Positions 28,871 through 39,534 of a DNA stretch of 45,940 nt are shown here, one piece after another. Within the stretch, counting starts at the first letter, position 1; each line of letters opens with the position of its first letter. The translations under genes were made by a program, and so were the position numbers. The stretch covers positions 1-45,940 of the forward strand of contig JBEKDF010000024.1 in NCBI GenBank assembly GCA_050014495.1, in the 5' to 3' direction. The notes below the pieces were generated by a model, which saw only the letters and a program-made list of their open reading frames with translations, was not told where the DNA came from and searched no databases. This DNA comes from Candidatus Bathyarchaeia archaeon (GTDB lineage Archaea; Thermoproteota; Bathyarchaeia; TCS64).

Positions 28871-29722
28871 TGCGCGCACGCCGGAGGCGGAGGCGGCCAC
28901 GGAGGAAGCGGCGGAGGTCGCCGCGGCGGAGGACGCCGTTAAACAATTCGCGTACACCTACGAAAAAGACGACAATAGTAGCGTATCCGGGCGGAGCTAC
29001 CTCCAACATGAGCGCCCACAGCCCGATTTTTCACCGACAACCTCGATATTCTACGTGCGCGCGTGAACAGTAAAAAGAAACTGGGGTGCTTTCTCTAGCG
29101 CTCTAGAAAGTTAAGATGCGCCCATCCGAGGCGCGAATAGTCCTGATCTATTCCCACCCCCGAATAATAACCTCCCTTCACCCAAGCATAAGAGGTTTAT
29201 AGATGAAAAGTTAGAACCAAAATGTAGAAAGATCAAGTCACTCAAACAAAGAGGCCGATTGGACTAATTATTTGACCCATTTTCACAAACGTTTAGACCC
29301 TCATGAGAATAACAAAGAGAGGAAAAAAGGACTTACACTCATAAAAGTCATAACAAGCACAGATAAACTCAATTTATTGCACATTATAAGATAATAATAC
29401 AAATCAATGCGCACACATTTTAGTCAAAATCAGCCATAGATATCGCTGATCCACTAATTTTTCCCCGCGCGCATCAAAACCTATCGAACACTGACTAGCC
29501 ACATGACCAGACTCACCATCCCACAAAAAACGGGTCACGCGCGCATCGGCACCCATGTAATCACGCACAAGCTACACCAGTACTATTCCACCCAATACCC
29601 TCAGCGATTACAATGACGATGCACCCGCAAAACAATATAAAAAAAATAGAATCAAATAGCGGGCTTCCCTACGCGTTTCACGAGCAAGTATCGAGGTGTT
29701 GATTTTGGTAACAGAGAAAGTA

Positions 29723-30091
29723 ATGCATTTCCAGGGTAAGAACAAGGATCTGAGTCAGCTATCGCAGCAGATCGTCAAGCAACTGGAGAGTGAAGGATAC
29801 AAGACGCAGGCAACAACCGCACCCCTGGGCCAAGTCATTCAAGCCCAGAAGGCGGGGGTCCTACGCGACATCATCACGGCGGACAGGGCGTTCAGCATCG
29901 TGATAGCGGGGCAGCCGAATGATTTCACGATCCACATAGGCATCGGTAAGTGGATTCAGAACATCGTGGTCGCTGCGGCCGAGACGATACTGTTAACTTG
30001 GTTGTTCCTAGCTGTCGATGTTCCTGAGATGCTCTGGACTCGTCACGTCGAGGGTGAGATCGCTAAGCAGATAACGCAGATCGTTGGTTAA
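29723..30091 (+). CDS. hypothetical archaeal protein
   Basis: Clean ORF followed by T-rich terminator-like tract. Confidence 0.7.
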   Translation: MHFQGKNKDLSQLSQQIVKQLESEGYKTQATTAPLGQVIQAQKAGVLRDIITADRAFSIVIAGQPNDFTIHIGIGKWIQNIVVAAAETILLTWLFLAVDVPEMLWTRHVEGEIAKQITQIVG

Positions 30092-30279
30092 CTTCCCAGC
30101 ATTCCTTTTTTCAATTTTATTTCTCTTTACGATTGCGATTGATTGCGCGCGCGAATGGATATTATGGGAGATATCTCTACTTACAGCGCTTGAGTAGAAT
30201 GCGAGCGCGCGGTAGGAGCCGACAATATCGTGAGTGAGCGAGTTCTCCCAGAGGCTTGTGCTCGATGTCGCAGCGTGCG

Positions 30280-30705
30280 TTACCTAAACATTGCGAAGCT
30301 TCGAATAACGTCCTTTGCCGCCCTGTCTGCATACTCGCCAAACCTCATGGCAACAGCGCTCGAGGTTATAACACCATAGAATATATTGTTCTTAACGACG
30401 AGAAGCAGGTTCGCCCCTCCCCGAAAAATCTCTGACGCAAACATCAGGTCATCATCCGGACTTATCGTCGGACACGACGTCGTCATCACGTCCCTGACTC
30501 TGACTTCATCTGGGTCTGAACCCAACGCGATAACCTTGGATACGATGTCATTTGCAGAGACGAAGCCCTTCGGGATTCCCCCCTCCATCACCACTACAAT
30601 ATCATGTATCCCATCACCGATCATACGGGCCACTTCACGGATCGGGGTTTCAAAGCTTGTGACCGGGAAGCTCAAATCCATATAATCCTTTACCTTGTAT
30701 GCCAT
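30280..30705 (-). CDS. CBS-domain protein
   Basis: KVKDYM..VRDVMT..GVIT pair. Confidence 0.85.
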   Translation of the reverse strand: MAYKVKDYMDLSFPVTSFETPIREVARMIGDGIHDIVVVMEGGIPKGFVSANDIVSKVIALGSDPDEVRVRDVMTTSCPTISPDDDLMFASEIFRGGANLLLVVKNNIFYGVITSSAVAMRFGEYADRAAKDVIRSFAMFR

Positions 30706-30966
30706 ACTTCAACTTTTGACTGCGGTGTCTTAAAAATGCAAGCGTACAATAGTGGAAGGATTCTCTGCGCATTTAGGAAGTTAAAACTAGTTTCAATATA
30801 CGGTTGACCAATTTCTATGAGAGGATAACATTCTGCGGTAGAGTCGCGTGGATTACATTGGCGTCCCTATCGTAACTATGCACACTCATTATGGCTTAAT
30901 CTCACTGCGCGCACCGAATAACATCGAAAAATCTGGATATTTACCTTATTCTGACTGTTCGCACCC

Positions 30967-31233
30967 TTAAATATTCAGCTCTTCCCAGGCCCGCGTGAGC
31001 TTGTCCTGAATGGTATTAAGTCGGTTCTCTAATTCTTTTCTGAGCCCGAAGTCGGCATCACCTAGCCCATCCTTAATTGAGTCGATTAGCTTCGCGCCTT
31101 CATCCTGAGCTGCTTTGATTTGTTTCTCGAGTTCCATCGAGGCTAAGCTTTCAACCTTCCTAGTCTCTTCTATGAGCTTGTTGGCTTTTCTCTCCCAATC
31201 ATCAACTGCTTCTCTTAACGTCTTTTCAGACAT
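30967..31233 (-). CDS. small coiled-coil hypothetical protein
   Basis: Heptad-rich ORF. Confidence 0.55.
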   Translation of the reverse strand: MSEKTLREAVDDWERKANKLIEETRKVESLASMELEKQIKAAQDEGAKLIDSIKDGLGDADFGLRKELENRLNTIQDKLTRAWEELNI

Positions 31234-31389
31234 AACACTCAACTTATTACTTACTCGGGAAGCATAGTTTATTAACAAATCATCATATGACTGTACTCAC
31301 GTGCATCAGCGCACGCATCCGTGTTACATGAGGATAAAGAATTGGGCGCGCAGTATCAGTTTTATTAACATATAACCGTACGTGATCTT

Positions 31390-31836
31390 ATGCGTCTATT
31401 AACCGATTTCGCGGAGTACATCTTCAGAGAAATCACTTATACCAACGACAAGATCACCCCCGAAATACTCGACTGGAGACCAGTTAAAGAAGCAAACAGC
31501 ATCCATTGGATACTAACACATCAAACAAGAATCGCCAGCCTACTCATACCACAGGTCATAACGGGAACCCATAACCCAGCAGGCTGGGACGACAACTACC
31601 AGGAGCAACCACACAGCCTCGAAGAACTCAGAAACGATCTCAGAGAAGCCAGGGAAAAAGTGCTATCCCTGCTGGATGGACTCGAAGAAGAAGACCTCAA
31701 CAGGAAGATCATGGTCTGGGGCTCGAAGCAGCCACTGAAGGAAGCCATCTTCGCGTTACTGGGCGAACTAATGCACCATAATGGCCAAATAGCCATGCTC
31801 AAAGGAATAAAGAAGCGAACCAACGCACGCCTGTGA
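31390..31836 (+). CDS. DinB-family protein
   Basis: NSIHWILTH ... HHNGQI. Confidence 0.85.
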   Translation: MRLLTDFAEYIFREITYTNDKITPEILDWRPVKEANSIHWILTHQTRIASLLIPQVITGTHNPAGWDDNYQEQPHSLEELRNDLREAREKVLSLLDGLEEEDLNRKIMVWGSKQPLKEAIFALLGELMHHNGQIAMLKGIKKRTNARL

Positions 31837-31911
31837 TACCTTAAACGAAAGACAGTGCTTCTTCAAAATCTCTGCGAAGATCGCTGCGCGCGCCCATAAA
31901 AATCGCTATAA

Positions 31912-31986
31912 AAGCGTTCCATTAAGCGTTCCAAACCGTTCCAAAAGCGTTCCAACTCGTTCCGGCGGGTTCCTCAAATAGGTTCC
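31912..31986 (+). repeat. seven GTTCC boxes spaced 10-13 bp apart, upstream of gene at 32005
   Basis: aagcGTTCC attaagcGTTCC aaaccGTTCC aaaagcGTTCC aactcGTTCC ggcggGTTCC tcaaatagGTTCC. Confidence 0.75.
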
Positions 31987-32004
31987 TCAGCACCCTTAGA
32001 ATAA

Positions 32005-33333
32005 GTGAAAAACGCGATGAATGGAAAAATCGTGATAATTGGAGTGGTTGTGGCACTATTCCTACTCCCAGCCATACCAAGCGCGTTGGCGGCTGGGACC
32101 ATCACAATAGAGGCAAGCTCAAAGTACTACAAGCCCGGAGACTCGGTTACACTCAGCGGCTCAACATCGGCTAACACTCAGGTCTACGTATCCGTCAACG
32201 ATACACAGGGAATAGTTTTCCCGGTGACCAAGGTCACGGCGGATTCAACTGGCAAGTACACAACCAGCTTCATCCTAGCATCGGACGCGTACATCGGAGT
32301 CTACAATGCCGGGGCAAACGACGGATCCAACAAGGCGACGACGTACTTCACGGTCAGCGACATCACACCCACGGACCTGGCTAACAACATGATAAAGCTC
32401 GCGCAGGACTCTCAGGCCAGAACCGAGAAACTCTTCGCCGAGCTTAAGGCTCAGGGTGTGACCCTGCTGCCGGCCGCCCAGAAGGCCTACGATAAGGGAG
32501 TCGCGGCACTTGGCAATGCCACCACTCTCCTCAGCAAAGGCCACCCATGGGAGGCGCTGGTGGCGGCTCGCGTCTCCATGATACACTTCAGGGACGCCAT
32601 ATGGGCCGCGTGGGGCAGCGCGAAGGTGGGTAAGGTTGAGACACAGACCGCGGACAGTGTGAACGCTACAATTCAACGTGGTGATAACGTTGTGGAGAAG
32701 CTCAACGCTACGATAATTAAGCTCGCCGCGGATGGCAAGGATGTCACCGTGGCTAAGGCGGATCTCAAGGACGCGGAGACGCAGCTGGCAGCTGCAACAG
32801 CCTCTGTGAAGGCGAATGACCTGGTTAATGCGGGGAAGCAGGTTGATGCCGCGAAGGCGGATCTTCAGAAGGTCATAGACGACCTGAAGCCAATATCAGC
32901 TACTTTGGCGCATGAGGGTATGCTCAAGTTCCTTAACGGCGCTGAGGCTAGGGTCGACGTTCTCGAGGCGAAGTTGAAGGCACTGAAGAACGTGAATAAC
33001 GCTGGGAAGGTCGACGCCGCCATGGCGAGGCTCGAGTTGGCGAAGGCCAAGATAAGCCAGGCTCAGACCGATCTGACTAATGGCAAGGACTTGGCTGCCC
33101 TTGGGGCCCTCGGAGAGGCCCGTAGGAACGTCAACATCGGCATAGGTAATGTGGAAGCAGGTGGTGCCTCTGGTAGCTTGGGTAAGATTAACCAGCTTGA
33201 GGCGAAGATTCAGTTCCTGCAGAGGACGGAGGATCAGATGAAGAAATGGGGCATGGACACGAAGGCCATCCAGTCCCAGATTGACGCACTGCAGGCTCAG
33301 CTAACCCAGGCCCAACAGACAACGACCCCCTAG
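32005..33333 (+). CDS. secreted protein, Ig-like N-terminus plus long helical/coiled-coil region
   Basis: Signal peptide; YKPGDSVTLSG Ig-like strand; Ala/Lys heptads. Confidence 0.75.
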   Translation: MKNAMNGKIVIIGVVVALFLLPAIPSALAAGTITIEASSKYYKPGDSVTLSGSTSANTQVYVSVNDTQGIVFPVTKVTADSTGKYTTSFILASDAYIGVYNAGANDGSNKATTYFTVSDITPTDLANNMIKLAQDSQARTEKLFAELKAQGVTLLPAAQKAYDKGVAALGNATTLLSKGHPWEALVAARVSMIHFRDAIWAAWGSAKVGKVETQTADSVNATIQRGDNVVEKLNATIIKLAADGKDVTVAKADLKDAETQLAAATASVKANDLVNAGKQVDAAKADLQKVIDDLKPISATLAHEGMLKFLNGAEARVDVLEAKLKALKNVNNAGKVDAAMARLELAKAKISQAQTDLTNGKDLAALGALGEARRNVNIGIGNVEAGGASGSLGKINQLEAKIQFLQRTEDQMKKWGMDTKAIQSQIDALQAQLTQAQQTTTP

Positions 33334-33388
33334 CCGCCTCGCACATGCTAAGCTTGGCTGAAAATGCTCTTAAAATAAGTGATGCACC

Positions 33389-33637
33389 ATGAAATGGAAA
33401 AAGGTCCTCTGGCGTAGCGAGCTGCAGGAGCTTGTGCGCAGGATCCTGAATAGCAACGAGATGACGTTGGTTGAGGTCGCGGCTGCGCTTCACGTTATGG
33501 GTGTCGCTATCGACCTCAATGGGTTGGCGATGATTCTGAAGTACACCGCGGGGATTTACGTCGCCAGGAAGATACAATCCTCGGCATCGAGAAAAATGAT
33601 TAACGTCTACTCCGTGGGCTTCAAAAAAGGGGATTAG
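33389..33637 (+). CDS. small basic protein, possible wHTH
   Basis: 82-aa ORF, MTLVEVAAAL. Confidence 0.45.
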   Translation: MKWKKVLWRSELQELVRRILNSNEMTLVEVAAALHVMGVAIDLNGLAMILKYTAGIYVARKIQSSASRKMINVYSVGFKKGD

Positions 33638-33893
33638 GGTAGTTTGCTTGCGCTGTCGCGCGAGTTTGAACTTGTTATAAACGTGACATAAGCGTTTCAC
33701 GATCGAACCTTCTCACACCAAACAAGAAAAGAAAAACGACCGCAGTAACAAGAACAACTGTGAGCCCAGCATTAAACATGAAGACACTAAAACCCAGAGT
33801 GATCCGCATTGCGAATGCGCGCGTGCATTGCAACTAAATAAATCAAAAAAAAAACGAAGCGGACTCCTCCGCTTAACGGTCACTTGACTCGGT

Positions 33894-34064
33894 CTAGAAC
33901 CTTCTCGGTGGCCTGTGCTTAGCGAAGCACTCTTGACAGTAGACTGGACGGCCCTCAGTCGGCTTGAAGGGAACCTCACATTCCTTTCCGCAGTCAGAGC
34001 ATGTTACCTTATGCATCTCGCGCGGCCCACTGTTGTAGTTGCTTCGACTATCTCTATATCCCAT
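33894..34064 (-). CDS. CxxC-x17-CxxC Zn-binding protein
   Basis: REMHKVTCSDCGKECEVPFKPTEGRPVYCQECF. Confidence 0.9.
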   Translation of the reverse strand: MGYRDSRSNYNSGPREMHKVTCSDCGKECEVPFKPTEGRPVYCQECFAKHRPPRRF

Positions 34065-34275
34065 TTTTTGTTTCTCCTTTTCGTACACGGGCAACCGTTA
34101 GGTTTCCAATATACATTCATGTCATAAGATACCATACTTATTAAACCCATGCGCACGCAAACTTTTATTCACATCCTTCGCGATTTATGCGCGTGCGTGG
34201 ACAAACTCATTAACTCAGGGTTGTTTCTGATGGGCTGAATCAAGGGTTAAATTCCACATATACATATGTATACAC

Positions 34276-34518
34276 ATGACATCCCGGAACATCTCCGTCA
34301 CCGACGACGTCTACGAGCTCCTCACTAAGATGAAGCTGAAGAACGAGAGCTTCTCAGACACCATCAGACGACTCGCCAAACGCCGAGACCTCACGGAATC
34401 CGCTGGCGCATGGAGGGACGTATCAGAGGACGAGATGAAGGCATTCAACGATGAACTCCATATTCTCAGGGAAAAGGCATCCAAGTCCCAAGGGGAGAGG
34501 ACACTTGAAGTTCGTTGA
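34276..34518 (+). CDS. vapB: VapB antitoxin (DUF217-type)
   Basis: NISVTDDVYELL..ESFSDTIRRL. Confidence 0.85.
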   Translation: MTSRNISVTDDVYELLTKMKLKNESFSDTIRRLAKRRDLTESAGAWRDVSEDEMKAFNDELHILREKASKSQGERTLEVR

Positions 34519-34903
34519 CACAACATTCATAATCGCCCTCCTTCGCGGCGACAAAACCACCGTCGAAAAAGCCTCGGAGTTGAACGAGGAGGGCGGCGCC
34601 GCGACCACCGTAATAAACGTCTACGAGGCATCATACGGCGTCTACAGAAGCATGACGGACCCACCTAGGAGACTCATGGAGCTGGAGAGGCTCCTACAGA
34701 ACCTCGACATCTTCAGCCTGGACTACAGGGCCGCACTGATGGCAGCGAAGATATCAGGTGAACTGGAGAGAAAAGGAATAGGGATCGACCCATTCGACTC
34801 CCTCGTAGCAGCCATCGCACTGGTCAACGGCGCCGATTCACTGATAACGAGAAACGTCTCACACTTCAACAGAATAGACGACTTGAAAACCGAGACCCAC
34901 TAA
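34505..34903 (+). CDS. vapC: VapC PIN toxin
   Basis: FVDTTFII, YEASYG, FDSLVAA, ITRNVSHF. Confidence 0.88.
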   Translation: MKFVDTTFIIALLRGDKTTVEKASELNEEGGAATTVINVYEASYGVYRSMTDPPRRLMELERLLQNLDIFSLDYRAALMAAKISGELERKGIGIDPFDSLVAAIALVNGADSLITRNVSHFNRIDDLKTETH

Positions 34904-34991
34904 CTGCATGCGCTTAGTACGGTTTCATTTATAGGGTATTGACGACGATGGATGATCTGGCGGCACCAACCAAAAGAGGGAGGGATACAAA

Positions 34992-36440
34992 GTGGCTCAA
35001 CTGAAGGATCTGGCAGTCCTCCTCCTATTGGCGTCGACCCTGCTCCTCCCCGCCACGAGCGCCGGAGCGCAGCCAACCACACCCATCCTGGGCATCAACT
35101 ACGCGATGAGCTACTGGCACTACGACCTCCAGACATTCGGCGAAGCCAGCACGGTGAGGGACTTCCAATTCTTCGCCTCCCAGGGCGTGAAGATCGTGGT
35201 ACTAAGCCCGAGATGGATCACCCTGGAGCCCGAGGAGGGAGTCTACAACACCAAGCTGATCGCGAACTTGAAGCGGATCTGCGAACTGGCGGACGCGGAT
35301 GGGATGAGCGTGGTCATCGATTTCCACGTCATGAGCCTCAAGGGGAACCTCCACGACCCAACCTGGTTGCCCAACAGGGACCTCACAAACATCATCACAG
35401 ACACACGATACAGAGACGACTTCATAGCCGCAAGCAAGTACCTCGCATCCCAACTCGACGAGGAGCCCAACATCCACAGCTTCGCCATGATAAACGAGCC
35501 ACACCTCGGCGCAGACGAACTCAACGTCGATAAAGAGCAGTTCATATCCTTCATCCAGGACCTCAGAGCAGCATACCGCACCGTTACATCGAGGCCCCTC
35601 AGCATCCGCTTCGACGCGAGCCTCATCAACCAGTACGGGCTCGACGACCGCCTCTTCGCGGCTTGCGACTACATGGACCTAAACTTTTACACCAAGACCT
35701 TCAGCGAAAACAACATGCAGGAGGCAGTCATCAAGGCGAAGAGCCTGGGAAAGCAGGTCTGGGTAACCGAGTTCGGCTACTCGGGCAGCAACGACACCGC
35801 CCAAGAGCAGGACTACACAAGCTACGTCGCCTACTTCAAAACACTCGGCGTCGACGCCATCGTCCCCTGGGTCTGGAAGGCCGACTCGGGCACCACCACG
35901 AACCCCGAACCCGTGGGCGGCGGCTATAACCTAGCCAAAGACGCCGAAGGCGACCCACGCCCAGCGTGGTACGCCTTCACAAAATTCGCGGAACAACCCC
36001 CAACAGACTGGACAGTCACGATCACAGTCACCTCGAACTCAACACTCATACAGGGCTTCAACGTAATAGTCATCGGCCCCCAGGCCTACAGCATAGCCAC
36101 CTACTCAACGGGGCAGGCCTCATTCAAAACCAATCAGACGGGCACATACACGCTGAACGCCACCAAAAACGGGTACCAGACGGCCACGGGTAACATTACA
36201 ATCACCCAGAACACGACCAGACTCAGCACCCTAAGCCTAACCACGAAGCCAGTGGTCCCCGACATAGATAATCCGCCTCAACCCAAGATACAGACCATCC
36301 AATGGTATATCCCACCCATCATTTTGGCAACGGTCCTCATCATGGCACTCATCTGCATCTATGTGAGCTACCCAACTCTAAAAGAAGCGGGTTCCCTGAT
36401 TCATCGACTCAGCTTACTCCCCGAAGCGTGCGCAAGTTGA
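34992..36440 (+). CDS. secreted, membrane-anchored clan GH-A glycoside hydrolase (GH5-like)
   Basis: Signal peptide; INEP and VTEFG catalytic Glu motifs; Ig-like domain; C-terminal TM. Confidence 0.78.
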   Translation: MAQLKDLAVLLLLASTLLLPATSAGAQPTTPILGINYAMSYWHYDLQTFGEASTVRDFQFFASQGVKIVVLSPRWITLEPEEGVYNTKLIANLKRICELADADGMSVVIDFHVMSLKGNLHDPTWLPNRDLTNIITDTRYRDDFIAASKYLASQLDEEPNIHSFAMINEPHLGADELNVDKEQFISFIQDLRAAYRTVTSRPLSIRFDASLINQYGLDDRLFAACDYMDLNFYTKTFSENNMQEAVIKAKSLGKQVWVTEFGYSGSNDTAQEQDYTSYVAYFKTLGVDAIVPWVWKADSGTTTNPEPVGGGYNLAKDAEGDPRPAWYAFTKFAEQPPTDWTVTITVTSNSTLIQGFNVIVIGPQAYSIATYSTGQASFKTNQTGTYTLNATKNGYQTATGNITITQNTTRLSTLSLTTKPVVPDIDNPPQPKIQTIQWYIPPIILATVLIMALICIYVSYPTLKEAGSLIHRLSLLPEACAS

Positions 36441-36495
36441 GTCACACGTGCATTCGAAAGTGTTGAAGGCAGAATATCGGCGATCGAAGATGCGA

Positions 36496-36939
36496 CTAAT
36501 CGGCTTTCCAAACCGATAACCGCTTCTTTACCTCGTCCGATATCGGGTTTTCGGTTAACAGACCGTATTTTGGGGCTTTGTTTATGATTTGAGCGTCATT
36601 TGTGACGATGATGGGTTTACCATGTTTCAGGGCCGTAGCGATCAGGAAACCATCACCTAGGGGAATGTTCTCAGCTTCCGAGATACTCAACCCGTTCATC
36701 GAGGTCTCGACAACCTTCAACCCCTCCACTATGAGGGTCATTTTCTCGATGAGGGTCTTGAGCGGCCTAACCTTGTAGAACCAGTAGAGGGCGTTGTAGG
36801 TCTCCAGGATCGTGGTATATGTGACGTTTAGTTCTATCTCTCCCCTCAGGGCCCTCTCCACGGTGCCCCACGCCGAGCTGTGGGCCGGGCTCTCGTCATA
36901 TAGGGCGTAGGCGAGTATGTCTGCGTCAAGCAGTCTCAA
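36496..36939 (-). CDS. vapC: PIN-domain toxin
   Basis: LRLLDADILAY, ILE, GDGFL, VTND. Confidence 0.82.
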   Translation of the reverse strand: MRLLDADILAYALYDESPAHSSAWGTVERALRGEIELNVTYTTILETYNALYWFYKVRPLKTLIEKMTLIVEGLKVVETSMNGLSISEAENIPLGDGFLIATALKHGKPIIVTNDAQIINKAPKYGLLTENPISDEVKKRLSVWKAD

Positions 36940-37180
36940 CGCGTTTCCCACCGTACGGGTCCTTGACGTCGGAGAAGTCTGTCGAGGCCCTTGAATCATC
37001 GCCGGTGAGATGGATCGCCTCAATCCTCTCGGCGAGGTCGTGGCTGTCTCCGGTGGCTCTGAGGATGATCGTATTCTTGTCCGCCATCTCGACGCTGAAT
37101 GTTTTCTTGTTTATTATCTTCCTGATCTCGACAGGGATGATTATTCTTCCTTTTTCATCTACGTTAACTATTTCTCCCAC
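36926..37180 (-). CDS. AbrB/MazE-type antitoxin
   Basis: VNVDEKGRIIIPVEIR. Confidence 0.82.
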   Translation of the reverse strand: MGEIVNVDEKGRIIIPVEIRKIINKKTFSVEMADKNTIILRATGDSHDLAERIEAIHLTGDDSRASTDFSDVKDPYGGKRVETA

Positions 37181-37703
37181 ACCCACGTCCCACATCCACC
37201 TATTGGAGGTTTGGTTCTTAAACTTTACTGCTTTCGAGCACTCATCCAAAAAGGTGGGTTTCCCCAGATTCAATAAAAGTGTCCCACCATCTATATTGCG
37301 AACCGCTCGCGCGTTGGTCATAGATTATCGAAAAAAGGGGTTAGCCGAGGAAGGCTCCTCCGCCGTTCCCCGGTCACTCCATAGATGGGATCTGTTCTCC
37401 GATGTTCACTAGTTGAGTGGCGTGCTCAGGAACTGGAATTGAACGACGACCGTCGTGCCTGTTGGCGCACCCCCGCCAGAGACCACCTGAACATACACGG
37501 GTGAGCCCGAGGGTATGTTGAAGGGGAAGCGGAGTTGCCCGGTCGAGGCATCTGGTTCATCCGTCATGGTGCCGAGAGGGATCGCGTAGGCTACGCTGGA
37601 CGATGCTAGGGTGCTGGTGGTGCTTATGTAGAGCACCGCATTCGTCGCGCGCACAGTTTGTAAATGATCTAGATTATACCATCCAACGCAGCCAACTGTA
37701 ACT

Positions 37704-38855
37704 ATGGAGAAGCTAGCAATCGACGGCGGGAAGCCCGTATCCGACCACAAGATCCCACTCGCCAAACCAATCTTCAGCCAGAAGGACGCGGACGACATCG
37801 CCAAAGTCCTGAAGACAGGCTACGTCCGCCAGGGCCCCTACACGAAGGAGTTCGAGGACAAGTTCGCAGCCAGGGTTGGGGCGAAGCACGCCTACGCCGT
37901 CTCAAGCGGCACCGCCGCCCTCCACTGCGCATACCTATCCACCCTCAAGCCCGGAGACGAGGTCATTGCACCCGCCTTCACCTTCATCGCAACCATCAGC
38001 ACAATAATGTACAGCAACGCCAAGCCCATCCTAGCCGACGTCGACCCAGAGACCTTCCTCCTCGACCCAGAGAAAGTCAAGGAAGCCATCAACAAAAAGA
38101 CGAAGGCAATCGCCCCAGTACACCTCTTTGGCAACAGCTGCGACATGAAGGCACTCACAGACCTCGCCGAGGACCACCACCTCAGAATCATCAACGACTG
38201 CGCCCAGGCCCACGGCACCGAGTACATGGGCAAAGACCTTGGCTCATGGCAGGACATCAGCTGCTACAGCTTCTACCCTACGAAGACCAGGACCACCGGC
38301 GAGGGTGGAATAGTCACAACAAACGACGATGAACTCTACCGCATGGGAACACTCCTCCGCAGCCACGGCGACGACGGACGCTACCACCACGTCGTGCTGG
38401 GGCTGAACTACAGGATAACCGACATCATGTCGGTGATAGGCCTGAACCAGCTGGCTCAGCTAGACGAATTCCTGGCCAAGCGCCGAGCCAACGCGAAGAC
38501 CCTAATCAAGGGCCTCAGCGACTCCGAGGCCGTCCACCCCCAGAAGATAACGCCATCCACAAACCCAAGCTACAGCTACTTCAGCGCGAGGCTCGACCTG
38601 GAGAGGCTCAGATGCACACGTGACGAATTCATGAGGGCCCTCCAAGCCGAGAACATCGACTGCGGAGTCCACTACCCAACACCACTCAACAAGCAGCCAA
38701 TAATCGAGAAGCTACTGAAGCCGAAGGACTGCCCAGAGTCGGAGGAACTATCAAAGAGCATCCTGAGCCTACCAATGCACCCGTACCTATCCAAACCCGA
38801 GCTCGAAGCAATAGTAGCCGGCCTGAAGAAGGTAACCAACCACTACCTCAGATGA
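37704..38855 (+). CDS. DegT/DnrJ/EryC1/StrS aminotransferase
   Basis: SSGTAALH, DCAQAHG, SFYPTK, GEGG, GLNYR. Confidence 0.93.
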   Translation: MEKLAIDGGKPVSDHKIPLAKPIFSQKDADDIAKVLKTGYVRQGPYTKEFEDKFAARVGAKHAYAVSSGTAALHCAYLSTLKPGDEVIAPAFTFIATISTIMYSNAKPILADVDPETFLLDPEKVKEAINKKTKAIAPVHLFGNSCDMKALTDLAEDHHLRIINDCAQAHGTEYMGKDLGSWQDISCYSFYPTKTRTTGEGGIVTTNDDELYRMGTLLRSHGDDGRYHHVVLGLNYRITDIMSVIGLNQLAQLDEFLAKRRANAKTLIKGLSDSEAVHPQKITPSTNPSYSYFSARLDLERLRCTRDEFMRALQAENIDCGVHYPTPLNKQPIIEKLLKPKDCPESEELSKSILSLPMHPYLSKPELEAIVAGLKKVTNHYLR

Positions 38856-38932
38856 AACACGCGAGCATCGTCTACCATCAGCTACAATTATTAAAATAGC
38901 AAACAACCGTCTACCCAAGGAGGAACCATACA

Positions 38933-39511
38933 ATGAAGGTGGCGTGGGGAATCACCGGCTCCGGGGACTACATGCCCGAAATAGTCAAGACCATGAAAGA
39001 GATAGCCAGGAAGGACCAAGACGTAAAAATATACATCTTCCTATCGAAGGCCGCTGACAAGGTGGTCAAATGGTACGCGTTATCCAAGGACCTGAAGGAC
39101 ATCTCCGACAAGATCTACACCGAGGTGGACTCCAACACAACCGAGCCATTCTACTACATACCAGGGGCCCTACAGACCGGCAAATTCGACTTCTTCATAG
39201 TATGCCCAGCCACGGGGAACACCGTAGCCAAGATAGTCAACGGCATAGCCGACACCCTGATCACCAACTCAGTGGCCCAGGCAGCGAAGGCCAACATCCC
39301 CATATACATCATGCCCGTGGACCACGTCAAGGGCAAACAGGTGACCACACTACCATCTGGGGAGAAGCTGGAGCTAGAGATGAGGGACGTCGATCTGGAG
39401 AACACATCCAAGCTCTCGAAGATGAGCAGCATACACGTCTTCTACAGCCCCGCGGATATAGAAGAAATCATTAAGAAATATTCGCACGCGGGCGCAAACA
39501 GCCAAGATTGA
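38933..39511 (+). CDS. afpA: archaeal flavoprotein (AfpA-like)
   Basis: KVAWGITGSG, PATGNTVAKIVNGIADTLITN, MPVD. Confidence 0.8.
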   Translation: MKVAWGITGSGDYMPEIVKTMKEIARKDQDVKIYIFLSKAADKVVKWYALSKDLKDISDKIYTEVDSNTTEPFYYIPGALQTGKFDFFIVCPATGNTVAKIVNGIADTLITNSVAQAAKANIPIYIMPVDHVKGKQVTTLPSGEKLELEMRDVDLENTSKLSKMSSIHVFYSPADIEEIIKKYSHAGANSQD

Positions 39512-39534
39512 GTATGCGCACGAAGGCAGCGTTT

